The notes beneath the pieces were generated by a model that worked only from the letters and a program-made list of their open reading frames with translations, had not been told where the DNA came from and made no database searches. A stretch of 64,000 nt of DNA from Fistulifera solaris (lineage: Eukaryota), in contig AP026126.1 of NCBI GenBank assembly GCA_030295235.1, positions 1,612,001 to 1,676,000 of the forward strand. The letters are read 5' to 3'. Below are positions 1 through 10,066 of the stretch, one piece after another. A program made the position numbers and the translations under genes. Each line of letters opens with the position of its first letter. Position 1 is the first letter of the stretch.

Positions 1-1167
1 AGATGAAAGCATAACTAGGAATAATGGGGGAAGGAACGCTGTGAAACATGAGCCATCTCCCTTTCCAGAAGATCTAGAGTCGGAAAAGCACGATGACAAC
101 AAACACGTCCATGGACAGGGGAAATCAAAAACAGTTCCACAACGTAAACAAAAGTCAGACCCGCAGAGTCCCGCATTTGCTTCTAGTCCACGTAACGTTA
201 CTACACCAAAAATGGAGAGTAAGAAGGATGTTCGAGACGGAGACACCGCTGAGAACCGGCCGGAAAGTTCTGGAACAGGCAAAACCAAGAAGCGCAACGA
301 CCAACGTGAAACAGACTTACAGAACAGTGACACGAGCAAGAAATCTGACATAAAAACCGAGCGCTCTCCATCGCAGCCCCCTAGAAAGGTAAAGGAAAAG
401 CCGGATATTGCTGACGATTCGCAGCCGTTGACCCAGAAGCCCAAAGCAACGGCGAAAATCCCCCCGCCGTCACCGCGATCCACAAAAACGACAATAAAGA
501 AACTGCAGCCAAAAGTACTGACCTTGGTCAAATGAAGCAGAAACATGGGGGCGACAGCGAAAGGAAAAACTTAGAGACGATTATAGTTGTCGCTGCCGAA
601 GAGTCTTATCCGTCATCCCCTGAGAGAAAGCAACTGGCAGCCCAGGTTCTGCAACATGTCCTTTCCTGTCTTACAGCTCGGGAATTCGTTCTAGGAGACG
701 AAGTTTATAAGCACAACGTCCATGTTGTCAAAACACGAGAAGATTTCGGCAACGCCGATGCTTCAGGTGAAGGAACTTTACTGAGAAGAAATGTTTTGTT
801 AGATACTGTGATGGCCGCCGCTGACTGCTACGTAGTGATTTCACCTGATCACAATTACTCTATCCCACTGATGAGACAATTCGATAAACAGGCCTATATT
901 GCAAAGTGCGCTGGAATCGTGAATTATTCCTCCAATCCATGGTGCGAAATGCGCGGTGCCGTCGCCATCTCAATGATGTGCCACGAACTGGGTTGCCTTC
1001 CTGTATCTTCATTCTGTTGTATTCCTGAAGCCAGTGAGCTTGCTGGAAGAGGAAGAATAGAAAAAGACAATGATTTCGCTCCACAGCTACCACAAATGCT
1101 GAATGAATTAGAGTGGACAGCAGTTGCCTTTAAAAAGCAGCGCTCTATCGTAGGAGTTCCATTCTAA
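1..1167 (+). CDS. NADPH-dependent FMN reductase-like (flavodoxin-fold) domain with long low-complexity N-terminal extension; 5' partial, one probable frameshift
   Basis: ORF 532-1167 has ADCYVVISPDHNYSIP...IVNYSSNPWCEMRGA...HELGCLPVS, matching the FMN reductase pattern (normally PEYN and GGxRA). The frame of ORF 41-535 is open from position 2 and probably joins it by an indel near 460-488. Confidence 0.65.
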
Positions 1168-1252
1168 AGCTCTGTCAATTTTTGTAAGAAAATATAATAT
1201 ATACGTGAGTTTTTAACTCTGACATGAGACTTCTATGTAATCGGCACCAACT

Positions 1253-2767
1253 TTATCCCAAAAGACTCAGTTTGCCTTCTAGTTGCAAAAGCGCTGGGAA
1301 TACCTCAACGCGTTCTTGAACAATGTTCCGTAGTGTCTGAAGCTGCTCGGGAGATCTAATCCGCCCAGTTCGTAGTAAAATCGATAACCAGGTACTGCAC
1401 AGATATTCGGCACGACTTGGTTTCAAGGCAAGTCTACTGGTCAAAGCAGTCAAAAGTACAGATAGCAAGTCTGAGGCCATCGTCCCACACGTAGTCTCAA
1501 TGACTTTTGCGTCCTTGACACTCAAAGCCAGTTCTAGCAACCCATCGTCTCCAGATTGTAAGGCTTGCTGCAAAAGCTGAGACAATGATTCCGTTGTAGC
1601 CTTTTTCGGTTGAAAAGAAGACGCCAAATCACCACCATCCACGTCCATATTCTCGGATTCATTTTCTCTTTCCGACCCTTCATCGTCCTCGTCGAGTACT
1701 TTTTGTAGTTGCTCTAATCTTTCGGCGATCGTAGGGCCCTCTTCCTCCTCCTCGTCATTTTCGCCTTCGCCTTCCTCGATTTTTTGTCGTTTTGCTGACA
1801 CTTCTTTTATTTGACGAGCGTCGCCTCCGGCTTGTCCAGGACCCAAAACCACTGCTTTTCTTTTTTCTCTTGCGACTGGGTCGTCAACATCCATTATTTT
1901 AGTTTCTTCCCAGTTGACAACAAACGTTTCGTCAGATGCCGACGCACTATCAAGGTCGAGTCTCCGAACTTGAAGAATTCCTTTCTGCATAATGGCCCAA
2001 ACGCCACTCTGATTTAGAAGAAGCGATGCTCTGGCAATAGTAGGATCAACGTGAAACTTTCTTGCTAATTTGTTTTTGTCGTACAAATGAGTCCCATTGA
2101 TCAAAACACGATCTTTGATGACTTGCCAGTATTGCACAGACGCTTCTACGGAAAAGGAATCTTGCGCCTTCCCGTCAGCAGTATAAACGTGAACATTTCC
2201 AGGAGAAGCGACGTATAACAACCCGTCGGCGGCAGCTATATGGCTACTCACGAAAGTCAAAGCCACTTTCGTCTTTTGTCCATTTTGCAGCTCAAGGAAC
2301 CTCAATTCTTTATTTTGTGCGACAGCCGCGACACCGCCTTTTAGCAAAGCGATCTTTGGGCCGTCCGAACTCTTCCCTGCTTTAACTTTACTTTTCAGTG
2401 CTCCCTGTTCATCGAGTTTGTGAATGTAAAGTTTTTCACTCTTAGAAATCAAAAGATGCAAGGAGTTGTCCGAAACATCACCGTCCATGACTTCGAATTC
2501 TTTATTAGTGGCCGGCGGATACGTATACGCCACCACACATCTTTGTAAGTCCCAAACAACCACCGTGGTCTTAAGTAGAGCAGCAAAAGTAGTGGCATTG
2601 ACGAACAACACTTTCCGCACAGTTTCGGCTGTCTTGTATGTCAGCGTCGCTTGTAAATCCCTCGCCAGGTAGATACCGACTCGTAAAACAGAGGCTGAAT
2701 TATTCGATAAGACGACAGCTATTTGATCGTCAAAGTTGGCGCTAATGAAAATCGATTCTTCTGCCAT
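1253..2767 (-). CDS. UTP5: WDR43/Utp5 SSU processome subunit (beta-propeller plus C-terminal Dip2/Utp12 domain)
   Basis: Beta-rich N-terminal half, acidic linker, then ESLSQLLQQALQSGDDGLLELAL...LLQLEGKLSLL typical of the Utp12 domain. ATG at 2767 (MAEESIF). Confidence 0.8.
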   Translation of the reverse strand: MAEESIFISANFDDQIAVVLSNNSASVLRVGIYLARDLQATLTYKTAETVRKVLFVNATTFAALLKTTVVVWDLQRCVVAYTYPPATNKEFEVMDGDVSDNSLHLLISKSEKLYIHKLDEQGALKSKVKAGKSSDGPKIALLKGGVAAVAQNKELRFLELQNGQKTKVALTFVSSHIAAADGLLYVASPGNVHVYTADGKAQDSFSVEASVQYWQVIKDRVLINGTHLYDKNKLARKFHVDPTIARASLLLNQSGVWAIMQKGILQVRRLDLDSASASDETFVVNWEETKIMDVDDPVAREKRKAVVLGPGQAGGDARQIKEVSAKRQKIEEGEGENDEEEEEGPTIAERLEQLQKVLDEDDEGSERENESENMDVDGGDLASSFQPKKATTESLSQLLQQALQSGDDGLLELALSVKDAKVIETTCGTMASDLLSVLLTALTSRLALKPSRAEYLCSTWLSILLRTGRIRSPEQLQTLRNIVQERVEVFPALLQLEGKLSLLG

Positions 2768-3134
2768 TTTCTCTTCGTTTCGTCCAGATAAAGATTGAAA
2801 GTAGACGAGATTACAATGCACGATGGTTATAATGCACGATGGCTTCTTCGATCCTTGCTTTCAAAGAAAAACAAAAAAGTGAATGTCGCACACGATGATC
2901 GAATGGACGAAAACTCGTTGCCGAGGCGCAGCACAGACGAAAAGATATTTGACTCTTTGCACCATACTCCGTAGCTGTTACAAGTTACAACTTGTTGATG
3001 CCTACGTTGCAAAGGTCTATTAGGTAACCATTCATTTCACTTCACATTGATGAAAAGCCTCGATCCTATTTTGACCTCTTGTGAGTTTTCTAAGGAGAAT
3101 AAGGGCACGTATGTGATGCGAAAAAGTCGTTAAC

Positions 3135-3186
3135 CGGGACTGACATTGAGTCGAGGATCGACGAAAGACTCCGCTACGTCTATTGT
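3135..3186 (-). repeat. Single degenerate copy of the promoter-proximal repeat core
   Basis: GACTGACATTGAGTC (3138-3152) matches the reverse of the 14971 copy at 14/15 positions. It is followed at the exact N13-5-N6 spacing by TATTGT (vs TATAGT). Confidence 0.35.
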
Positions 3187-3388
3187 ACAATGAAACACTT
3201 GCTTCAAAATGCAGTGAGTTCCGTCACATTGAACGTAGCATCCCTGGAATTCATTATTGCTGCCTTTATGCTCTATCCATTCTGGGTTGAGCCATATTCC
3301 TAGACTTTTGGAACGTGATAAGGAGTACGGAATACTATTTCAATACGGAGTGATTACTATAAGGCGGATTCAACGAGACTACTCAAAA

Positions 3389-4789
3389 CTAGGACGACAT
3401 CTTTTCAACCCAGTTCTCACTAATGACTGGCATGTAAAAAGGTAGGCCATTGCACCAGTCAAACTCTTCCATCGCTTTGCATGCTTCCTTCACAGCTTGA
3501 AGTGGCACTTTCTCCGTGATCAAAACAAAGGCCGCGTCATCTCGGCGCGTGATGGGATTCTGTAAAATAGAATGAATAGACACGCCGACCTTTTCACATG
3601 CTTCACCGACCTGACGCGTGATACCGAGCCCATCACGGTAGCGGATGCGAATGTAGAAGGTGGAACTGTAATCATCAACATATTCGGTAACCTTGTCTAA
3701 CGGGTTGAACGGCATGGGGCTCTTGTCTCCTTTTGCCAAGGCGATAATGTCGTTGATACAACTATTGGCGGTAGGATAACGACCGGCTCCTTGTCCAATG
3801 TAAGTCGAGGACTGCAAGTTTCGCGACGATACTTCGATGGCATTCGTAGCACCGCTCACGCTGGCCAGGGGCTCTTCCTTTGTCAAGTAGCAGGGGCTAA
3901 CAAAGGCAGTAATCTTACCCTCTTCGACTCGTTCCGCCACACCTAGCAGCTTGATGGTTCCTCCCATCATTTTGGCGTAATCAAAATCCAACTTTGTGAG
4001 GTCCGTAATACCGCGGCAAGCGATTTTGTCTTCGGGCACTTCAACACCAAATCCAAGACGCATCAAGATTTTCAACTTTGATCGAGCATCGAATCCACCC
4101 ACATCTAGTGTGGGGTCAGCTTCGGCATAGCCCAGACGACTCGCTTCTGTAAGCGCCTCGTCGTAGGTGCGACCAAACTGGTCCATCTCAGTCAACATGA
4201 AATTGGTGCAACCATTGATAATTCCCGAAATCATGGAAACTTCGTCACCAACAAAGTCACTCTGGAATGAACGAATCACTGGAATTCCTCCACAAACCGC
4301 CGCTTCGTAGCGGAATTGAACTGGTTTATCCATATTAGCTAGCGTTTCTTCGATTTCCGGTAGATACATGGCAATCAATGCCTTGTTCGCCGTCACAACA
4401 TCCTTTCCAGCTTTTAACGATGAGAAAACGATATTCTTCGCGTCAGTTGTGCCGCCCATTACTTCCACTACCATATCAATATCCGGATCCGTCAAGATGT
4501 CGTCGTATTTGTCGGTGACGGTGCATCCCTCCGGAATGACGAAATCGCGTTTTTTGTTGGCATCTCGCACGCAAATAGTCTTGACTACGAGATCGGAACC
4601 GGTGAGCTCCTTAAAGTAGGCTGCTTTTTTCGTGAGAATCTCAACAATACCACCACCGACGGTTCCACCACCGAAAATACCTATTGTGCGGGTGGCTTCG
4701 AGTGATGTGAGTGGTGATCTTTGTTGCTGAGGCACAAAGAAGGCGTTGGCAGAGGTAATCAAGAGTAGGAATGAACAAAGTAACAACAT
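3389..4789 (-). CDS. hom: Homoserine dehydrogenase with C-terminal ACT domain, plastid-targeted
   Basis: GGGTVGGG Rossmann motif, VVTANKALIA, YEAAVCGGIPVI, GIINGCTNFML, GYAEADPTLDVGGFD, GQGAG; signal peptide ending SANA-F. Confidence 0.95.
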   Translation of the reverse strand: MLLLCSFLLLITSANAFFVPQQQRSPLTSLEATRTIGIFGGGTVGGGIVEILTKKAAYFKELTGSDLVVKTICVRDANKKRDFVIPEGCTVTDKYDDILTDPDIDMVVEVMGGTTDAKNIVFSSLKAGKDVVTANKALIAMYLPEIEETLANMDKPVQFRYEAAVCGGIPVIRSFQSDFVGDEVSMISGIINGCTNFMLTEMDQFGRTYDEALTEASRLGYAEADPTLDVGGFDARSKLKILMRLGFGVEVPEDKIACRGITDLTKLDFDYAKMMGGTIKLLGVAERVEEGKITAFVSPCYLTKEEPLASVSGATNAIEVSSRNLQSSTYIGQGAGRYPTANSCINDIIALAKGDKSPMPFNPLDKVTEYVDDYSSTFYIRIRYRDGLGITRQVGEACEKVGVSIHSILQNPITRRDDAAFVLITEKVPLQAVKEACKAMEEFDWCNGLPFYMPVISENWVEKMSS

Positions 4790-5627
4790 TATGATACGAT
4801 ACGATCAAGAATACAGTTGATTCAAATGATGGAATCCTTTAGAATTGCACTGATGAGATCCGATTCAATTCAGTTTGCGTCAGCTGTCATTCATTATCCA
4901 GTCGACTCACGTTGCAGAATGAATCTGGTTCATTGTGCTTTACTGTATTTCGGCTATCGGTGGGCCATCCGATCAACATCAACGAAGCAACAAGGAAAAA
5001 TCATAAGCGGTTGACTGGCAGAACAATAAATGTCCGGGTTTCCCCGACATCGATGAATTTCAAATTTCCCACCAGGCCAACGTGAAGAACATGTCGGCTA
5101 AAAGGAAGCATTGCATCTGTTGTCTTTTTCAAGTTGGGTGCTCCAATCAATGTCGACTCTTGCAAATGTCTCTATGAAATTTATGTTGAGGAATGTTATG
5201 ATGAAAATTGTCGCTTTCGGACCCGAGGATCGATGAGTTCGAAATTGCTCAGTTCCGGATGCTACCTAATTCGATAACATTCCTACGGGCGGGGGCAACG
5301 TGAGTCTTACGACGTAGACTTTCCACGCGTTGTATCTTCGCTCTGTTCTACATTGTGATGTCGAATCGATTGTTAACATCGTGTAGTAGTGCAGTTTACC
5401 AAGGTTGTTTCAGGATTTTATAGCATTGCAGTCAAACATATCCGAAAAATGGATGATTTGTCTAATCACACAATACAAGTATCCGGGCTTTCTCCAAAGA
5501 TTGATTTCCCTACGGGGCTTGCGTGGGCAAATGTTCCCAGGCCTACATGCAATTCATCAAAACAATAATACATTACCCTTAAAGCACAATCAAATTAAAA
5601 TGTAAAGGCATTAAAATCTAGGTCAAA

Positions 5628-6755
5628 TCACCCACGAGGAGTCGCAAAGCCGAATTCAGTGTTATCGAAGGGTTCCGGCAAGGGCTGCTTGGTGAGAGCC
5701 TCTGCTTTGGCTTTGGTTTCCGCAAACATTGGATGAGTGAAATAACGTTCTCCGAAAGAAGGTATGATACATACAGCTACTTTGTCTTTGTTTTCAGGGC
5801 GAGAGCACACCTGAACAGCAGCTTCCACAATCGCCCCCGACGATACTCCCGTCGGTAAGCCCATCATCCACAATTTAAACGTCATTTCCTCCGCTTTACT
5901 CGAATGGACAGGGACGACTTCGTCCAGTAAATCAATCCCCAATACTTTAGGGACTAAACCTGCTCCCATACCCTGGATCTTGTGCGGTCCTTGCTGTCCT
6001 ATCTTTTCTCCTCCTCGGGCTTCCGTAATCAACATCTGTTCCTGCGGTTCCACGGCAACCGTATACAAGTCTGGTTTCAAAGGCGGGCAGTCAAATTCTG
6101 GGCAGCCCTTGATATACTGTGATACACCCGTGACAGTACCACCAGTACCCACTCCCGACACAAAAATGTCAATCTTTCCGTCCGTATCACGCCAAATTTC
6201 CGGTCCGGTCGTTTCTCTGTGAATTTTCGGGTTGGCAGGGTTCTCAAACTGATTGAGCATGACGCCCTTATCACCCAACTCTTCTAAAATTTCCTTGGCC
6301 TTGGCCAAAGCACCCGGTACGGCCTTTTCTTTGGGCGTCAGGACCACTTCGGCGCCGAGTGCCAACAGCATGATGCGTCGTTCGACACTCATGGTTTCTG
6401 GCATCGTCAGAATGCACCGATAGCCACGTTCACGTGCAATGAATGCAAGAGCGATGCCTGTATTACCCGAGGTCGGTTCTACGAGAACAGACTTGCCAGG
6501 AATGAGGCGACCTTCTTTCTCGGCTTGATCGATCATGCTTTTTCCCAAACGGTCCTTCACGGAACTGCAGGGACCGAGGGATTCCAGTTTACCCAAAAGG
6601 GTGGCATTGTGATTGGGAACGAGGCTGGAGAGATCAATCAAGGGAGTACCGCCAACCAAATCAGAAGGACGAGCAGCAACGCGCATGGTTCGAGAAGAAA
6701 TTGTTAGTTTTGATGAAAGAGATCTGGATGTTGCGCTAAGAAGACGCTGGAACAT
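5628..6755 (-). CDS. cysK: Cysteine synthase / O-acetylserine (thiol)lyase, probable mitochondrial presequence
   Basis: SVKDR PLP lysine, EPTSGNTGIALA, GVGTGGT, HKIQGMGAG, PSFGERY; R/S-rich, acid-free N-terminus. Confidence 0.95.
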   Translation of the reverse strand: MFQRLLSATSRSLSSKLTISSRTMRVAARPSDLVGGTPLIDLSSLVPNHNATLLGKLESLGPCSSVKDRLGKSMIDQAEKEGRLIPGKSVLVEPTSGNTGIALAFIARERGYRCILTMPETMSVERRIMLLALGAEVVLTPKEKAVPGALAKAKEILEELGDKGVMLNQFENPANPKIHRETTGPEIWRDTDGKIDIFVSGVGTGGTVTGVSQYIKGCPEFDCPPLKPDLYTVAVEPQEQMLITEARGGEKIGQQGPHKIQGMGAGLVPKVLGIDLLDEVVPVHSSKAEEMTFKLWMMGLPTGVSSGAIVEAAVQVCSRPENKDKVAVCIIPSFGERYFTHPMFAETKAKAEALTKQPLPEPFDNTEFGFATPRG

Positions 6756-8064
6756 TCTCTTGTGTGCGAGCCTTTGGTCAACGACTCTTTCGTATCTTCA
6801 ATAACGCTTGGAGAAGTCAAAAGGAGATACCAAGTTGTTCACCTCCAGCCTCCAGCACGACCGAGTAAAAGTTGAGAAGGATCGCGAACGATCATCCGTG
6901 TCGCGTGTCGCAAAAGATCCGTTCTGCAATTCACTCTTTGTCCAAGATGCGTCCTGCACTATATATATTTTGTGTAGGCAATCAGTGAGTCCCGAAAAAT
7001 ATATCTAGTCACGAACCCCCAAAAGGGTCCAGTCTGTCCATCCCTCCTGTGCGACATTATGTAAACACGCTGCGACTTAGTTCGGATTTCGAGTACCGAT
7101 CCAAAACAACCTCTACAATTTAGATAAGTCTCCTTATCTCAGCACTTCGTAGCTCTATAGTAAACATTCCCCTCTGTTTCGCCCAAAAATGCAAGGGGGT
7201 TGCCCATCAAATAATTTGGCCCTTTTTCTTGCAACGTCTGCAGTCATGCAAGCCCGCCTCTTTTGAGAGGATTTCTTTCCGTACCTTGGCTATTATTTGA
7301 AAGAATATGATCCTGGTTTGCATGAAAACTGCGGTGTTTTAAAAATGGCGTCAAACTGGATCACATCACGCCAAACAACATTTTGTAATGCATGAAAAAG
7401 GCACGCGTCGACCGAAGCATATTAAGTAATTCTTTGCCCTGACGCACCTGAGTACCTGACAATTACCGCTGGACTTCACTACACTTTCGTTACAGTCCTT
7501 GACACTCAAATCTCTGAAAACGGATCTATCGGAATCTCTTTCGACGTTTGTCGGATGTAGACTACCTTGCCATTTGTACAACAATAGGTCGATTTGACAA
7601 AGCGATAAGGTAGCGACGACTTTTGGTAAGCCTCCGCTTTGATATCGGCACTTCGTCATCTTTCAGGAAAACACGCAACATCAAAACGTAGGTTTTGGTT
7701 CTCTGTATAATCATTTGATTTTGTTCACAAAAGCATTGACAAGAAGTGGAAGCTGCAACGATAAACCCCGCTCGAAACAGAAACAAGTTGGCCATCATTC
7801 AAAATAGTTTTTGACAAGTTGCCGCGTAAGAGATCTTTCATCGTCCAGTAGACATTTGCAACATGTTATTGACAGACCTTAAGTGGATCGGAGCCTTTTC
7901 AAGCTGGGATCTTTAACGCGTTTTGGGTGATACCAGACGTAGATGCTTATTTGCATAAAGCTGACTAGAATTTGATCAACGTGAAGGTGAAGCGGTCTCT
8001 ACTCTATTATCTTACAATTAAAACCATGAGATCAATCGAGCCGACAATAGCGCCATGCAAGTCA

Positions 8065-9411
8065 TTAATATTCCTCGTCGACAGAACCCATCCATTCCGC
8101 CAAGTCATCTAGCGACAGTGTTTCGACAGTCATATCTTCCAAGTATTGCACCACGCCCGTACTTCGACCTTTTTCCAGTAAACGTCCCTTAGGATGATGG
8201 TCTTTCAAGATCACGACCAATCCACCCGTTTTCGGTAAAGCCGTCTCCAAATAGCGCTCCGGGACCTGGTCCAAGATGGTTCCCGAGTCCAGTTGCAATG
8301 TAGCTCCTTTGGGAGTGACATCCACAACAACGGCTTTCTCCTTAAAATATCGCCGACCGAGCTTTTCTGTGATGATACGAACACGGATGTGCGGTACGAC
8401 CCATTTTATGGCACTACGATCATCGTTCAAACGGCTACGTTTCAGTTTCTTTCTTTCATCTTCCTCTTTTCGATCTTTGCGTTTCGTACTAGCTCTATGC
8501 CCATCGTCACTTGAAGGATCTCTTCTTGAATCTTCCTTCTTAATATTAGTTGATTCAGCGTGACGAAAAGGCTGTTCCTCCAGTTCACTCCGTAGCAAAA
8601 GATCCCCCAACTCCCCGCGCTTCACAATGGTGTGTTCGGAATCCCCCCTCAAATTGAATTTTCACATTATTTAATCCCGGAACACCCACCAATTGAATGA
8701 TTTGTGCCCTTTGTGACCCTACCATGATCAAGCTTCCGTCTTGTAATGTCTTTTGTTTATCCCATTTCTTTTGTTCGATTCGTTGCTTTTCGTATTCCTC
8801 TCGCTGCTTTTGTAATTTCGCCTGTTGCTGGAACTGATCCGGTCGTAACGGCTTTTTTACGCAAATGTACCGATTCCGACAAATCCGGTGTCGCTCCCAG
8901 ACCCAATCGATGGGGCCGAGGCATGGACATTTCCGTGTCGCCTTTCGATTCTTCACCATTCCAACCCATGCCTCGTAAGAGAGCCGACCCGAATTCCGCA
9001 ATGGGAACTCTCTGATACTGCTCCGAATGAATATTGGGTTCGTCGGGTAATCGTTGCAAGTCTTGTTCGTATTGTTCACGATCAGTATTCGAATTTTTCG
9101 TCGCTGTAATGACGCGAGTCGCCGCTTCGGTGGTGGCATCTGAATTCTCGGCATCGGCTTGTAATAGCCGCGCCGCTTCTCGATCTTCGTCTGTCATTAT
9201 TTTTGAATTATCATCTTGACGAGGTCCTTTCCAGCGATTTGATTCGAGTGGAATGACTAAAGGTGTATCACGAGGACGTTCTGGTGGATGCAAGGCATGT
9301 TCATATTCGTCGTCAACGTCTCCAAAGGCCGATGCTTTTCTTTTTTGATTTCGATTTACTAGCTTTGAGTTGTAAACTTAATTTGGTATGACTCGTCTCT
9401 GTATCCGTCAT
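8065..9411 (-). CDS. GPKOW: GPKOW/MOS2/Spp2-like G-patch and KOW domain spliceosomal protein (several frameshifts)
   Basis: G-patch YQRVPIAEFGSALLRGMGW...PRPHRLGLGA; C-terminal WVVPHIRVRII...VPERYLETALPK KOW pair. ATG at 9411 joins via an indel in the T-run at ~9336-9346. Confidence 0.85.
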
Positions 9412-10066
9412 GGTTTTCAACAACAGCACGAAACACCAATATTCTTTCAAGGGATGATTGTCACGATCGACGGAAGTAGACGTTGACGTTGCCCATGGTC
9501 ATCGAGATTGAGAGGTGTTTGCATTTTTGCATTCGTTCGTTCTTCGTGCACACATCCTCCATCCTCGACAAATCGAGTCTTGGTTGATGCAACTCGTGAA
9601 TGAAACGGACGAGAATGATGTCGTTCAAGACCGGTGCTTGTACCAGTACTGTACTAGTTTAGTTCACACTCAGACATTCAACGGCACAATTTCGCAATGA
9701 CTGTCGATCAATCCGTAGGCGGAACGCAATGTGTGTGTGCGTGCTCTATGCGCAAGAAAAAGAGGGGCGGAGCCACGCCTTTTTTAGCAAGACTCATCAT
9801 CAGATCAACAAGAAGCTCATTTGAAGTAATTTTAAGTTAAGCAGTCGATGAAATCGTGTTTTGTCTGGTGACAACAACTGATTCTAATATAGATTTGAAT
9901 TGTGTAGCATTAGGGTGCAACAATCATCACGCTACCACGAAAAAAATACCAATAGGACGTGCGCTCATTCGACTTTGCCCGTCCAGCACACAACAACACA
10001 CCTTGACGCTGTGCATTACTTTTATAGTACTGTCAATCACCAGCTATTGTTAAAACGCACAAATAC

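Noticed and set aside
7141..7250. CTATAGTAAA...GTTTCGC and CAGTCATG fragments resembling the dispersed repeat
   Set aside because: Core dyad absent and spacing inconsistent; at most a heavily decayed remnant.
7366..7798. Short minus-strand ORFs with a signal-peptide-like start
   Set aside because: No recognisable domain, short, could be chance or a gene relic.
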